From: Terriglobia bacterium
GTDB lineage: Bacteria; Acidobacteriota; Terriglobia; 2-12-FULL-54-10
Length of the DNA: 64,000 nucleotides
Direction: 5' to 3'
Assembly (NCBI GenBank): GCA_963666975.2
Contig: CAXVYR010000004.1
Location: 2,272,001 to 2,336,000, forward strand
The notes beneath the pieces are model-generated. The model was given only the letters and a program-made list of their open reading frames with translations. It ran no database searches and was not told the DNA's origin. Made by a program: the position numbers and the translations under genes. This document shows, piece after piece, positions 10,401 through 19,244 of the stretch. Each line of letters starts with the position of its first letter. The stretch's first letter is position 1.

Positions 10401-10685
10401 CAATCGTTGGATTTCAAACTGTCCCTCTGCGTCGCTGCTGACGGTACGGCTCAATCCCGTCTCCAGATGCTTCACCATCACCGCCGTCCCCGCGAGGGGC
10501 GCTCCTGACTGATCCTGCACCGTACCCCGCAGCGTCGCCATGCTCCCCTGTGCCAGCGCCCCTGTCCTTGCCCAGAAAAGCAGCGTGATCAGAAGCGCTG
10601 CCGAAAGAATCAACCGCTGCATTATTGATTTGCATGCGCACATGCCCCGCACTTTCTTGAAAAAAGCTGACTGCATGGTCTGCAA
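7443..10685 (-). CDS. TonB-dependent receptor (Oar-like) with N-terminal carboxypeptidase-regulatory-like domain
   Basis: LRGTVQDQSGA, LPLNGRSYSQL, FEYFRNSKLDARNF, NLGVRYE, C-terminal RQIQFALRFSF. The real start may be 10676 or 10622. Confidence 0.92.
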   Translation of the reverse strand: MQTMQSAFFKKVRGMCACKSIMQRLILSAALLITLLFWARTGALAQGSMATLRGTVQDQSGAPLAGTAVMVKHLETGLSRTVSSDAEGQFEIQRLVPGTYEVQASQAGFVSRLQEGLELGAEQLVTLDLVLERDSGDQERTAQSTGEGADKESSATNAGQISESQLVGLPLNGRSYSQLATLQSGVSDPSAASGSRGIGGGGLTISGGRSTSNNFLLDGTNIMDHRNQVPRSAAGVQLGSEAVLQVQILTITGADYGRGSGGVLNSITRSGTPEFHGTFFEYFRNSKLDARNFYDPGPEPPPFKRNQFGFTLTGPVVKDRTFFMGSFEGLRDRLTKTEIDFFPDELARQGMITDASGAVIQTVPVNPRVVPYLELYPLPNSVSVGRGIGEYIDSQFLPTDENFFTVRLDHQISERDSLFARYTFDDATSHSAESTVLFTRLNNSRQQYLTLVGTHIFNPSLLNSFRLGYTRPVNAAESLSSIEIDPSLFFIPDAPQLGQISVPGLSNFGPMSTNPLANITNTFQFADDVVAQRGAHALKMGVEVHRYRWDLFSSSFKGGTWLFNSLESFLQGGPEGTTLKTALPGADSRKAYRQTLLGFYLQDAYTVSPRFQLNLGVRYEFATLIHDRDGKTTFLPDPVRDPAVQIGPLLEKNPSPRNLSPRLGITWSPWGSQNTVLRAGFGIYYDQMLKYVVDQAKSTAPFYKQVVRTNFDSSTIFPDAVTAAAGIPLEARILDYHHFTTPMVLRYSFALQQQLPGGWRTRASYVGARGNHLFRGYESNLFPLPITRADESLCFPPDVAQEDLVANPTCPPVPTSEAGPVNPAFGGILIMSSDAQSFYNSLQLSANKSLSRGISLQASYTYSKSVDDASTFSFHGNPTQYGLMRTLERGLSNFDIRHRLVFNYFYTLPLGSGLRWWNSGVLAHVFEGWRLGGIVRFRTGTPFTARINVLTPGYLFAATRPNLLPGRSNNSTQGGPDQYFDPSVYSVPEPGTLGNVGRNTVIGPSVFNVDVSLQREFVLDAKRRLQFRAEFFNLPNHANFGLAQAIVFSGASGRPNPTAGRIRSTVTTARQIQFALRFSF

Positions 10686-10709
10686 TATCTGTAACTTCCT
10701 CTTCGCACA

Positions 10710-12563
10710 TTACCATTGAGCTGCTGGACCGCCGAGTTCCACCTGGGCTCCAGTGGCCTGCATGCCGATTTCGCGGGCCAGCGACGGAACCAGGTGCTGG
10801 ACCTTGCCGCCCACCATGGTCATCAACACCCGGACATTCAGAATGTCATCCACAGGAATGGCCAAGTAGTCTCGGTCCAGGACGATTAAGTCGGCAAGTT
10901 TACCAGGCTCCAGCGAACCGAGCACGTCTTCCTTCATCGAACCGTAGGCTCCGAACAAGGTAGCCGATTTCACCATCGCTTCGCGATTCACCGCCTGTTG
11001 CGGTGCTGTTGCATTCCCGTCCCAATCCTTCCGGGTAATCCCAGAATAAATAACGTGGAAGAGGGTTATGTTGGTGGCCGCGATTGCCCGGTCCAGTTCC
11101 ATACTGTTCATGATCCCAGCATCGTAAAGACTCTTGCGAGGAACTACCATCATCGCACCGCGTTCCCCGTAGTCTCTCAGAATATCCTGGCCTCTAGATT
11201 CCCAGAGGTAGAAGTCCCAACCGCTGGTCATTATGCCCAGGTTCTTAAGGCGAGGGATCTGGTCTGGGCGAGGATACATGGCCATGTGCTCGGTGACGTG
11301 ACGTTTTGCCCGGATATCATCCAGCGTCATGCCAGCATCTTTACCCGCCCTCTCGATGATGTCCAGGATGAGGTCTATCTCTCCGTCCGCCATGATGTGG
11401 TCCCCGGAGAGCCTTCCACCGGCTTTTACATACTCGTACAGGGCTCGCGAGACGTCATCATCCGTGTAGCCGCACTTGGACTCCCGCTCTTTGACTTCAG
11501 GCGACGTCCCCGGCAACTGGCTGCAGTTGGCTCCCATATGCGGGACCATTCCGTTCACCCAAAAATAGTCAGAACCCCTACCTTCCTGAGCAACGACAGC
11601 CTCAACGAAGTAAGGATCCTGAAAAAAGTCGTTCCTGTAGGGCCAAAACCAAGCCCAACCCATCCGCATAGCCATCTGTCCTTTGCGATCCAGCGTGGAG
11701 TAGGCCCGAATCGCACCCCCTGTATAGAGAGCGGTGGCGTTTAGAGTTTGACCATACCCAGTCATCCAGGACAAGCCCAGGCGATAAATCTCCGCCAACA
11801 CATCCGGCGGGAAAGCCACATCCTGCTCCACCTCTCGATAGCAGACGGCACAGGTTCCGGCCCGTTCGACCTGCTCATTTAGCGGCTTGTTGAGATACTT
11901 CTCCCACTGATCCCCATGGTACTTCTTGACCTCATCAAACGCTTTCTGGTTCATCAGGACTCCGACAAAGTTGGTGCGAACAATCACCGGGTTGTTCGGC
12001 GCGGCCATGTCTAACATTTCTTTCGTAATCTGCCGCCCTAAGAAACTGGTAATTTCCGTTCTCCATCGGTATTCCTTTCCAAATAACATCACGATCCGGA
12101 CCCACTGGCCTGGCTTCGCTTTGAGAACTGCCTCTTCCAACACCCGAGGGAACTGCTCAAGCTGCTGCTGCGGAGGCGAATCGAGGAAACGGTGAACCAT
12201 GATGTCATCGGTAACAACTTTCTTCATGATATAAGGATTCAATGGGTCCCAGTCCTGAGGGTGATCGTGCGTGAGCGCGATGCCTGGCATCACCGTTCGG
12301 CCTTTCAAGTCAATCGCCTTTGTATTGGAACCTCCCAGGGGACGAATTTGGTCGTTCGCTCCCACGGCTACGATTTTCCCATCTCGGATTGCAATCGCCT
12401 GCGCGACGGTGCCCAGGTTCGAATTCACCTCATGGTTGTCCACCGTCACGATCTTCCCATTGTAGAGAATCGTGTCCGGGGCTTGTTGAGCCCACAGGAG
12501 AGCCTGTCCAGTCCAGCTTACCCACATCATTACCACCAATCCCAAAACCCATCGGCTTTTCAT
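10710..12563 (-). CDS. Secreted amidohydrolase (Amidohydro_3/YtcJ-like)
   Basis: Signal peptide, DTILYNGKIVTVD, IDLKGRTVMPG..THDH, GSLEPGKLADLIVLDRD, VLMTMVGGK. Confidence 0.88.
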   Translation of the reverse strand: MKSRWVLGLVVMMWVSWTGQALLWAQQAPDTILYNGKIVTVDNHEVNSNLGTVAQAIAIRDGKIVAVGANDQIRPLGGSNTKAIDLKGRTVMPGIALTHDHPQDWDPLNPYIMKKVVTDDIMVHRFLDSPPQQQLEQFPRVLEEAVLKAKPGQWVRIVMLFGKEYRWRTEITSFLGRQITKEMLDMAAPNNPVIVRTNFVGVLMNQKAFDEVKKYHGDQWEKYLNKPLNEQVERAGTCAVCYREVEQDVAFPPDVLAEIYRLGLSWMTGYGQTLNATALYTGGAIRAYSTLDRKGQMAMRMGWAWFWPYRNDFFQDPYFVEAVVAQEGRGSDYFWVNGMVPHMGANCSQLPGTSPEVKERESKCGYTDDDVSRALYEYVKAGGRLSGDHIMADGEIDLILDIIERAGKDAGMTLDDIRAKRHVTEHMAMYPRPDQIPRLKNLGIMTSGWDFYLWESRGQDILRDYGERGAMMVVPRKSLYDAGIMNSMELDRAIAATNITLFHVIYSGITRKDWDGNATAPQQAVNREAMVKSATLFGAYGSMKEDVLGSLEPGKLADLIVLDRDYLAIPVDDILNVRVLMTMVGGKVQHLVPSLAREIGMQATGAQVELGGPAAQW

Positions 12564-12886
12564 GATTCACCCCCTCGGCTATTTTTAGCGGGAATTTCTA
12601 TTTTGAGCTTTACCTTCACCCGAAAACCTATGCCTCCTACCCTGTCATGTCAAGCGCAAATCGCTCTGGCCCCTTTGAGGTGGTAGCGCGGCTCATTTTG
12701 CCGATTTGTCTGTTGTTCTCATGAAGAATGTAGTGATGCTCGAACCAGCATCAATATTGACGTTGGAGGTTAGCAGATGGTTGCAGCTGTGTTTTCAAAC
12801 TGGAAATTCGGTATTAAATAGTATTGCTGAAAGACTTTAATTAAGCTACCATGTCGTTCCGCTATTCAGCCTATTCAGGAGGAGAG

Positions 12887-13117
12887 ATGCCCGCTTCAGG
12901 AATCGATGCAGCTATTCGCGAGCTCCAGCACGAACAGGAAGGAATCCAGGGACTAATATCGGCTCTCAAGAGCCTCCGCCCCGGAAGCGGCTCTGGAAAG
13001 CGCACAAGGCGCGGCAAACCTAAACGCACTGGAAGGAAGCTCTCGCAGGCTGCCCGCAAGAAGATTTCCATGGCCGCGAAAAAGCGGTGGGCAGCTCGGC
13101 GTGCTGCCAAGAAGTGA
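12887..13117 (+). CDS. Small basic hypothetical protein (coiled coil plus Lys/Arg-rich tail)
   Basis: AGGAGG SD before the ATG; ends LSQAARKKISMAAKKRWAARRAAKK. Confidence 0.75.
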   Translation: MPASGIDAAIRELQHEQEGIQGLISALKSLRPGSGSGKRTRRGKPKRTGRKLSQAARKKISMAAKKRWAARRAAKK

Positions 13118-13173
13118 TCCTTTAGTTTCCGTTCCCCATCCTTAATTAACAAAATCAGATTAGCAGCCAAGTT

Positions 13174-13724
13174 TAGCAGTTTGTTGAAAAATCCGAGTTT
13201 GTGATGATTTCCGTTTCTATTTTCGTTTCGGATCGAGTTAAAACAAGGGTAAAGAGGTTTCCGGCCAGAGATCAGAGGTCTATCCCAGGTCCCGCTGGGG
13301 ACTTTCGGAGCGCCTTTGCAGCTGGGCGGTCATGCGCCACCGCCTCCGCCCGCAGTCGTCGCAACCGAACCAAGTTGTAGGCCGCCCCGACGAAGGTGAA
13401 CCACCAACCCACTTTCTCCCGGCCTCGCCACTTCACTTTCCTCAGCAGGCCGATGATCTTCCTCTCCCGCGCCGTGCCGACGAACTCGCGCGTGTCATAG
13501 TTGTTGTCCGCTCCCAGGGTGAGGCGCCGGGTTCCAGAAATCTTCGACGCCATCAGCAAGGCTGCATCCCGTTCCGCTGTCCCATCGGCCTGCGTCAGCA
13601 TCGTCTGCACCAGCAGCCCGTTGCGGTTCTCCATCAGCACGTGTCCCAGGTAGCTCAGCCGGGCCTCGGCCCCCTTCGACTTCTTATACAGCCGGGCGTC
13701 GGGGTATGGATTATTTCCGGGCAA
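13174..13724 (-). mobile_element. IS5/IS1182-like transposase remnant with one terminal inverted repeat
   Basis: DARLYKKSKG...YLGHVLMENRNGL, TLGADNNYD, AAYNLVRL; internally deleted. End sequence TAGCAGTTTGTTGAAAAA at 13174-13191. Confidence 0.8.
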
Positions 13725-13972
13725 CCCGGCGGGTCAAAAACACATGGTTTCTGCACCCTTCATTCTTCCCAATTTCGTCTCGCGTGGTGTTATACTAAAA
13801 AAAGTATTTGAAAAAGTCGGTTTGCATACAACCATTCACAACAGTTGTTTGCTTCCTGCCTAGTTGACTCCATCAAATGCCAATAACCGTTACGGGGCAA
13901 CCCGCTCTAGGGCTGGCTGACCTTACCGCTTCACAATAGCGGTGCGGCAACTTAAGAAGAAAAGAGAGAAAA

Positions 13973-14296
13973 ATGAAGAATTTGTTTGTAGGAAACATGA
14001 GTTTCCAAACCACGGAAAGTGAACTGCGGTCGATCTTTGAACCGTATGGAGAGATCACGCGCATTCAGGTAATGACGGACCGCGACACAGGCCGGGCCCG
14101 CGGCTTTGGTTTCGTGGAATTGGCCGATGACGGTGAAGCGGCCAAGGCAATTACGGAATTGAATGGCAAAGAGCTGGACGGACGCGCCTTGAACGTGAAT
14201 GAAGCGCGTCCCAAACCGGAACGCGGTGGACCGAGGGACGGGGGCGGAGGAGGCCGCGGTCGTGGCGGTTACGAATCACGCGAACCGCGCTGGTAG
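13973..14296 (+). CDS. RRM-domain RNA-binding protein with Gly/Arg tail
   Basis: RNP2 LFVGNM, RNP1 RGFGFVEL, GRALNVNEARPK. Confidence 0.95.
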   Translation: MKNLFVGNMSFQTTESELRSIFEPYGEITRIQVMTDRDTGRARGFGFVELADDGEAAKAITELNGKELDGRALNVNEARPKPERGGPRDGGGGGRGRGGYESREPRW

Positions 14297-14360
14297 CAAG
14301 GAAAGAGATTTTCTCTGGGGGCGATTTCCGTCGCCCCCAACACCATCCCAGGAGGGGCCT

Positions 14361-14543
14361 ATGGTAACCAAGGCGCGAACCACGTTTCAAAAGCGGCAGA
14401 AAGAGATGGCGAGGAAAGAGAAACGGCAAATGAAAGTGGAACGCCGATCGCAAAGAAAACTTGCGCACGAAGGTGGGGCTATGTCCGAGGAGGCAATCTC
14501 CCCTTCAGAATCGGAACCGGAGAGCGGATCGCAGGCGACTTGA
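14361..14543 (+). CDS. Small basic hypothetical protein
   Basis: AGGAGG SD; TTFQKRQKEMARKEKRQMKVERR, directly after the RRM gene. Confidence 0.7.
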   Translation: MVTKARTTFQKRQKEMARKEKRQMKVERRSQRKLAHEGGAMSEEAISPSESEPESGSQAT

Positions 14544-14680
14544 GCCCGTCGTCCGTTTCAGCACAAGGTGTTCTCCTCTGCGGGCTTTGGTCCGAGTCGT
14601 AGTGGCACGGTTCGGCTAGCTTGTATTTTTACGGCAGCCAAAATCATTCCCTTTTGAGGTGCTTACGCCATCGAGTGTTG

Positions 14681-15146
14681 TTAAGCCGTCATAGGCATGC
14701 GTGTGTCGTCCACAAGGTCTGGGATGGCGGGTTGAATGAATATCACCGTGACCTTCTCGAAGACTAAAACCATTACCGTTGGCGAGAAGATCTCCCTGAA
14801 TGTTAGCCGCTGCCGGGTCAGACCCGCCTGCATGGCCGGAGTCCTGACTTCGCAGCCGAATTTCAGCGCCCGGTGAGGCCTGACGAAGTTGTAATAGCAT
14901 CGCAGCAACGGGAGGTGATCTTCCAGACGTTGCTCCCGCCGCGCGTAACAGATCGTCCGCCGAAAAAGATACGCCGAACCCTGCCGGATCGTGAGATTCA
15001 ATCGTTCAACATAGGAAGTGTTCAGTTTCGCGGAATCTTCGGAGTTGCGCCCCGCCTGTTCCTATCGCCATGCTGCACCAGTTCTGGCTCTGCGCTCCAC
15101 TCTGACAACGCGATCATTCCCCCGTGTCTTGGTCACTTGGCCGTAC
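14681..15146 (-). pseudogene. IS1-family-like transposase C-terminal fragment
   Basis: YGQVTK...NTSYVERLNLTIRQ...YYNFVRPHRAL...TPAMQAGL; internal TAG at 15062; cut by the IS3 remnant. Confidence 0.7.
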
Positions 15147-15553
15147 TGAGGGGCCCTGGATTTTTGTACCAGTTTCAGGGTGAGTTTTGGGCTGTTTCCA
15201 GGCCTTTCCGATTGCAGCGAGCTGCAATCTGAAAGGCGAACTCGTTCGGCGTCCTCTCCCCCAGGGCCCTGTGAGGACGACTCTCGTTGTACTCCCTCCG
15301 CCAAGCCTCGATGATCTGCCTGGCTTCTCCCAGTGTTGTGAACCAATGTACATTCAGGCACTCATCCCGAAACGTCTGCTCCGAGATCCCTACCTTCCGG
15401 ATCAGTTCCCCCACCGGCGCCCCCACCTCAGCCTGCTTCAGTATCCCTACAATCTGCTCCACGCTGAATCGCTTTTGTATCCCCCTTCTTCTGGTCATAG
15501 ATTTTGCCGCAAAACTCACTCTCAACTTGGATCAAAAAACCGGGGGCCGGTCA
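15147..15553 (-). mobile_element. Internally deleted IS3-family (IS407-group-like) element, 407 bp
   Basis: TG...CA imperfect TIRs. OrfA N-terminus (KRFSVEQIVGILKQAE...GISEQTF) is fused to the OrfB C-terminus (RDECLNVHWF...YNESRPHRAL). Confidence 0.85.
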
Positions 15554-15695
15554 TGCCCAGCAAGTTTTCCAGTACTCATATGCCGCGCAAAACCGGAGAG
15601 GTCCGGTTGGCGCGCGAGGTCACCGTCAGGATGCTTTCCTTGCCCAGCCCCGGGGGTAAGAATCGTGTATATAGCCGGGTCGGAAGGTGTTATAA

Positions 15696-16559
15696 ATGAA
15701 GCTGGATATGTCACAACACGCTGGCAGCATTGAAATTAGCCTGGCTCTGGAGGTTGCGGCACGCGCGGCGCGCGCAGGCGGGAAGATAGCTAAGGCACGG
15801 CTGGGCGACCCCGGCTATGTGAAGTGGAAGGGCGACCGGGACGTCGTTTCGGAGGCTTCGCTCCAGGTTCAGGAGGCAATCGTCTCGAACCTCCTGGCGG
15901 AATTTCCCCACTCCGGGATTCTGGCCGAGGAGGGGCCCGAGGATGCTCCCCTGCCGGTGGATGCCGAGCATCTCTGGATCGTGGACCCCATCTGCGGCAG
16001 TCTGAACTTCGTCCAGGGCATTCCGTATTTCGGAATCTCTATTGCTCTGCGCTCGGAGGGCAGCATCCGCGCAGGCGTCGTCTATGATCCTTGTCATGAC
16101 GAGATGTTCGAGGCAACGACTGAAGCTACGACGACCCTCAACGGCAAAAAGATTGCCGTTCAGCAAATTTCAGAGGGTGCGGAAGCCTGGGAAAGCGCCA
16201 TCGTGGGAACCGACTGGCCCCACAGCGGCACGCGCCGCGAACAGTCCAGGCGGATTGTAGGGGTGATGACCGGCCAGGTCACCGAGTGCAACCTGATGGG
16301 CTCGCCGTCGCTCGGGATCGCCAGCGTTGCCGCCGGACGCCTGCACGCTTACTGGCATCTTGATTTGAAGATCTGGGACATCGCCGCAGCGAGCCTGATC
16401 CTGGAGCGCGCGGGCGGCATCCTGACCGACGCGCAGGGCACGACCTGGCTCGACTCCGACGGCGGCTACATCGCCAGCAACGATGTGATCCACGGCTGGG
16501 TGCTGGACTGCATGCAGTCGGTTTCAAGTCCTCCGACCCGTCCCCATGGATTCCGCTGA
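15696..16559 (+). CDS. Inositol monophosphatase family (SuhB-like)
   Basis: ILAEE, WIVDPICGSLNF and WDIAAASLILERAGG motifs. Confidence 0.9.
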   Translation: MKLDMSQHAGSIEISLALEVAARAARAGGKIAKARLGDPGYVKWKGDRDVVSEASLQVQEAIVSNLLAEFPHSGILAEEGPEDAPLPVDAEHLWIVDPICGSLNFVQGIPYFGISIALRSEGSIRAGVVYDPCHDEMFEATTEATTTLNGKKIAVQQISEGAEAWESAIVGTDWPHSGTRREQSRRIVGVMTGQVTECNLMGSPSLGIASVAAGRLHAYWHLDLKIWDIAAASLILERAGGILTDAQGTTWLDSDGGYIASNDVIHGWVLDCMQSVSSPPTRPHGFR

Positions 16560-16610
16560 AGACGAGCAGCCACGACGAATGGGCGTCTCAGATTTGCTGT
16601 GAGTTCGTAA

Positions 16611-17497
16611 ATTCGAGAAAAGCCCACGGCGAGGAAAAGCGCTCACCGTGGCTGCCAACGCAAATCCGAGCCGCGAGCGTGAGCGACCGGGCACACACGC
16701 TGATCTGACGTCAAGGTTTGGATGACCACTCCCTAACGGTCGTGGCTCGGACTGGGTTTTCTATGCCGGAGCCAATTCGCCCGCAAAACGCTGCGCAGGA
16801 AACCAAAACAATAAAGCCACGGCGAAAGAACTCATTCACCATGGCTGCCAGCTTTTCAAGATTTCTTTGGACGCCGAGCGGGAACCCCGTGAAGCATTCC
16901 TGCAACACTGATGTCTTCGTCCACTACAGGCCAGTGCACTCCGTGACCATCGCCAATAATCTCGAATTGGCTGCGCTGCGCCGGAGTAGCTTCGCTTAAG
17001 CGCCATGACCATGCCAATGGAACGCTGATCACTCGTCCGTCAACGAGGTGAAACGTGATCAACTCCTCCGTAACCGAGACATTGTTGACCCGAGCATCTG
17101 CGCTAACCGCAATGTTCACGCCATGCCTCCTGCTCAGATTTGCGTGAATGATTGCCCGAATTCGGTTGGGCTCCCGTGCAGAAAATCCGTGGTTCTCGGC
17201 GAGGGCCAAAGGCTCCAGCCAGAACTTGCAGACTATTCGCTCCCTTCGGACGTGAACGTGCGCCGGTTCGTTGCAGTCAAAGCTATAGAAGTAGAACCGA
17301 TGCGGCCCTGGAATGTCTGCAACAGTAGGCACAGCCGACGCCCACTTGCTACCCTACAACAAAAACGACCGTCAGTCGATAGCTCGCCTCCTCCAGACCC
17401 CGGCACAATGTTCAGCCGGGCGGATCGGTCCGCCGTGGGTTTTTTAATTCGGGAAAAGCCCACAGCGAGAGAAAACGCTCGCCGTGATGGCTACCAA
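16611..17497 (-). terminator. Three related hairpin repeats (about 16611-16659, 16812-16850, 17446-17497)
   Basis: AAAGCC(C)AC(G/A)GCGA...TC(A/G)CC(G/A)TG..GCT(G/A)CCA. Two copies follow minus-strand stop codons. Confidence 0.5.
16856..17332 (-). CDS. DUF4160 + DUF2442 putative toxin-antitoxin pair read as one fused ORF
   Basis: RFYFYSFDCNEPAHVHV...CKFWLEP (DUF4160), then LVDGRVISVPLAWSWRL..AT...GVHWPVVDEDISV (DUF2442). Confidence 0.85.
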   Translation of the reverse strand: MPTVADIPGPHRFYFYSFDCNEPAHVHVRRERIVCKFWLEPLALAENHGFSAREPNRIRAIIHANLSRRHGVNIAVSADARVNNVSVTEELITFHLVDGRVISVPLAWSWRLSEATPAQRSQFEIIGDGHGVHWPVVDEDISVAGMLHGVPARRPKKS

Positions 17498-17508
17498 TCC
17501 CTTCCTCA

Positions 17509-18821
17509 TTACGGCACAATGCGGACCGAATCGCTCCCCTGGATCGCCTGGCCGGAGAAGGTCTGGCCGGTCAGGATGGCCTGGATGTCGCCGTCGCTCA
17601 GTTCCGAGGCTTCCGTCGAGACGTGGACGACCAGGTCTAAGAGACCATCATCGTTAACATCCTGGGCGGAGGCCATCGGCGTGCCCTTTCCCTTGAGCTT
17701 CACGCTAGCCCCAGCCAGCGTAACGCTCAAGGGGTCCACCGTGGTGGCGTCAAAGAAATTGGGCGCGGGCGTGCTGAGGATCGCCACCGGAACCGTGCCC
17801 CCGGATCCCAGGTTGATGCTGTTCGGATCGCTCCCCGGCTTGATGTCAATGGAAACCTGCAAGGGAGGAACTACGGCTACGCACTGCGGATCAACGAAGA
17901 AACCGCCCGAAGAAATCGCGGTCTGGGTACCGTTAGCGGGATCAACCCTTATGACGCCTCCAGGACCTCCAAAGGCGTCGCCATCTGCGACGATAATGTT
18001 GCCCGAAGCGTCTATGGCGACACCATTAGGCTGAACAAGCGGCGGCCCCGAAGTGATGACTGTCTGACCGCCGGATAATGGGTTGACCTTGATGATGCCA
18101 TTACTAGTTCCATTGAAACCCCGACTGGCCACGATGATGTTCCCGGCTGTGTCTATGGTCAAGTGAATAAGACGAATTAGGTTTCCTCCAAACGCAACGA
18201 CGGTTTGGGCGCCGGTGACCGGGTCAACCCTTATGATGGCGCCAATATCCCCACCATCAATGTGGTGTTCGGGGACACCACTATATCGCCGACCGCGTCA
18301 ATGGCGACGCCAAGGGGGTCAACGAAGAAACCGCCAGAGGAGATAAGAGTCTGGGCACCGGTGGTTGGATTGACTTTTATGACGCTGCCAGAGTTGAGCG
18401 AGGGGCCAGCGTCTGCGACGATGATGTTGCCTGCAACGTCCAACGTTACAGCCTTCGGATCAACGAAGAATCCTCCTGAAGAGATCGCCGTTTGGGAACC
18501 CGTCGTCGGGTCGACCCTTATTAGTCCCCCCCCACCCAAGGCGTTGTCGTCTGCCACGATGATCTGGCCGGCTGCATCTATCGCGCACCCCCTGGGGACA
18601 GAAAACAACCCCCCCGTTAAGTCTCCCGCCGATGAGATGACTTCTTGAACACCCGTGATCGGGTCCACCTTTATCACACCACCCCGGCCGCCAAAGGAGT
18701 TTGCGTCGACCACAATTATGTCGCCAGGTTTCAGAGTCACGGCCTGGGCTGCGGGAATGAGGATGGCCGCAGCGAACAAGGCCAGCGCAACGCGTAGCAG
18801 TTTAGGAAGAATTGATACCAT
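17509..18821 (-). pseudogene. Secreted NHL-repeat beta-propeller protein with an IDIKPGS-type C-terminal domain, split by a frameshift near 18280
   Basis: Repeats P.GVAIDA.GNIIVAD...IRVDP.TG.QT.IS occur in both ORFs 18231-18821 and 17509-18162 and continue across the frame change. Confidence 0.8.
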
Positions 18822-18944
18822 GACTAGCTCCCTCCAGCATGATAATCCGCAACTTTTTACACGGGGAAAAATTACACTAACCCCCTATGACTGTCAACAA
18901 AAAATGTTGCTTATCGCCGGTTTGTTGCTCAAAGACCACAACGT

Positions 18945-19172
18945 ATGCTTCGGTGGATGGCCGAGGACATTCGCATTCGATTTGGAATCAGGCTGCGGAA
19001 GCTCCGTCTCAAACGGGGCTGGACTCAAGTGCAGATGGCAGAAAGGCTTGGCTTAGATCAGAGTTATCTTGCGGATGTCGAGCGGGGTAAGCGGAACATC
19101 TCCATTTTGAACTTGGAAGTGATTGCCAACGGATTCGGTATTTCGATTTCCCAATTGTTTTCCCGTCTTTAG
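18945..19172 (+). CDS. XRE-family HTH regulator (controller/HipB-like)
   Basis: FGIRLRKLR..RGWTQ..MAERLGL..SYLADVERGKRNIS. Confidence 0.9.
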   Translation: MLRWMAEDIRIRFGIRLRKLRLKRGWTQVQMAERLGLDQSYLADVERGKRNISILNLEVIANGFGISISQLFSRL

Positions 19173-19244
19173 ACCCACGGCAAAAAAACGCTCGCCATCG
19201 CTACCGGAATTGTAACCGCTTGCTCAGGCGCGTGGCTCTGATGG

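Noticed and set aside
17048-18034. 328-aa plus-strand ORF and similar long antisense ORFs (25553-26722, 30143-31081, 33358-34503)
   Set aside because: Shadows of well-supported genes on the opposite strand in GC-rich DNA.
18945-19172. XRE protein as a restriction-modification controller
   Set aside because: No methyltransferase or nuclease follows it and no convincing C-box was found.
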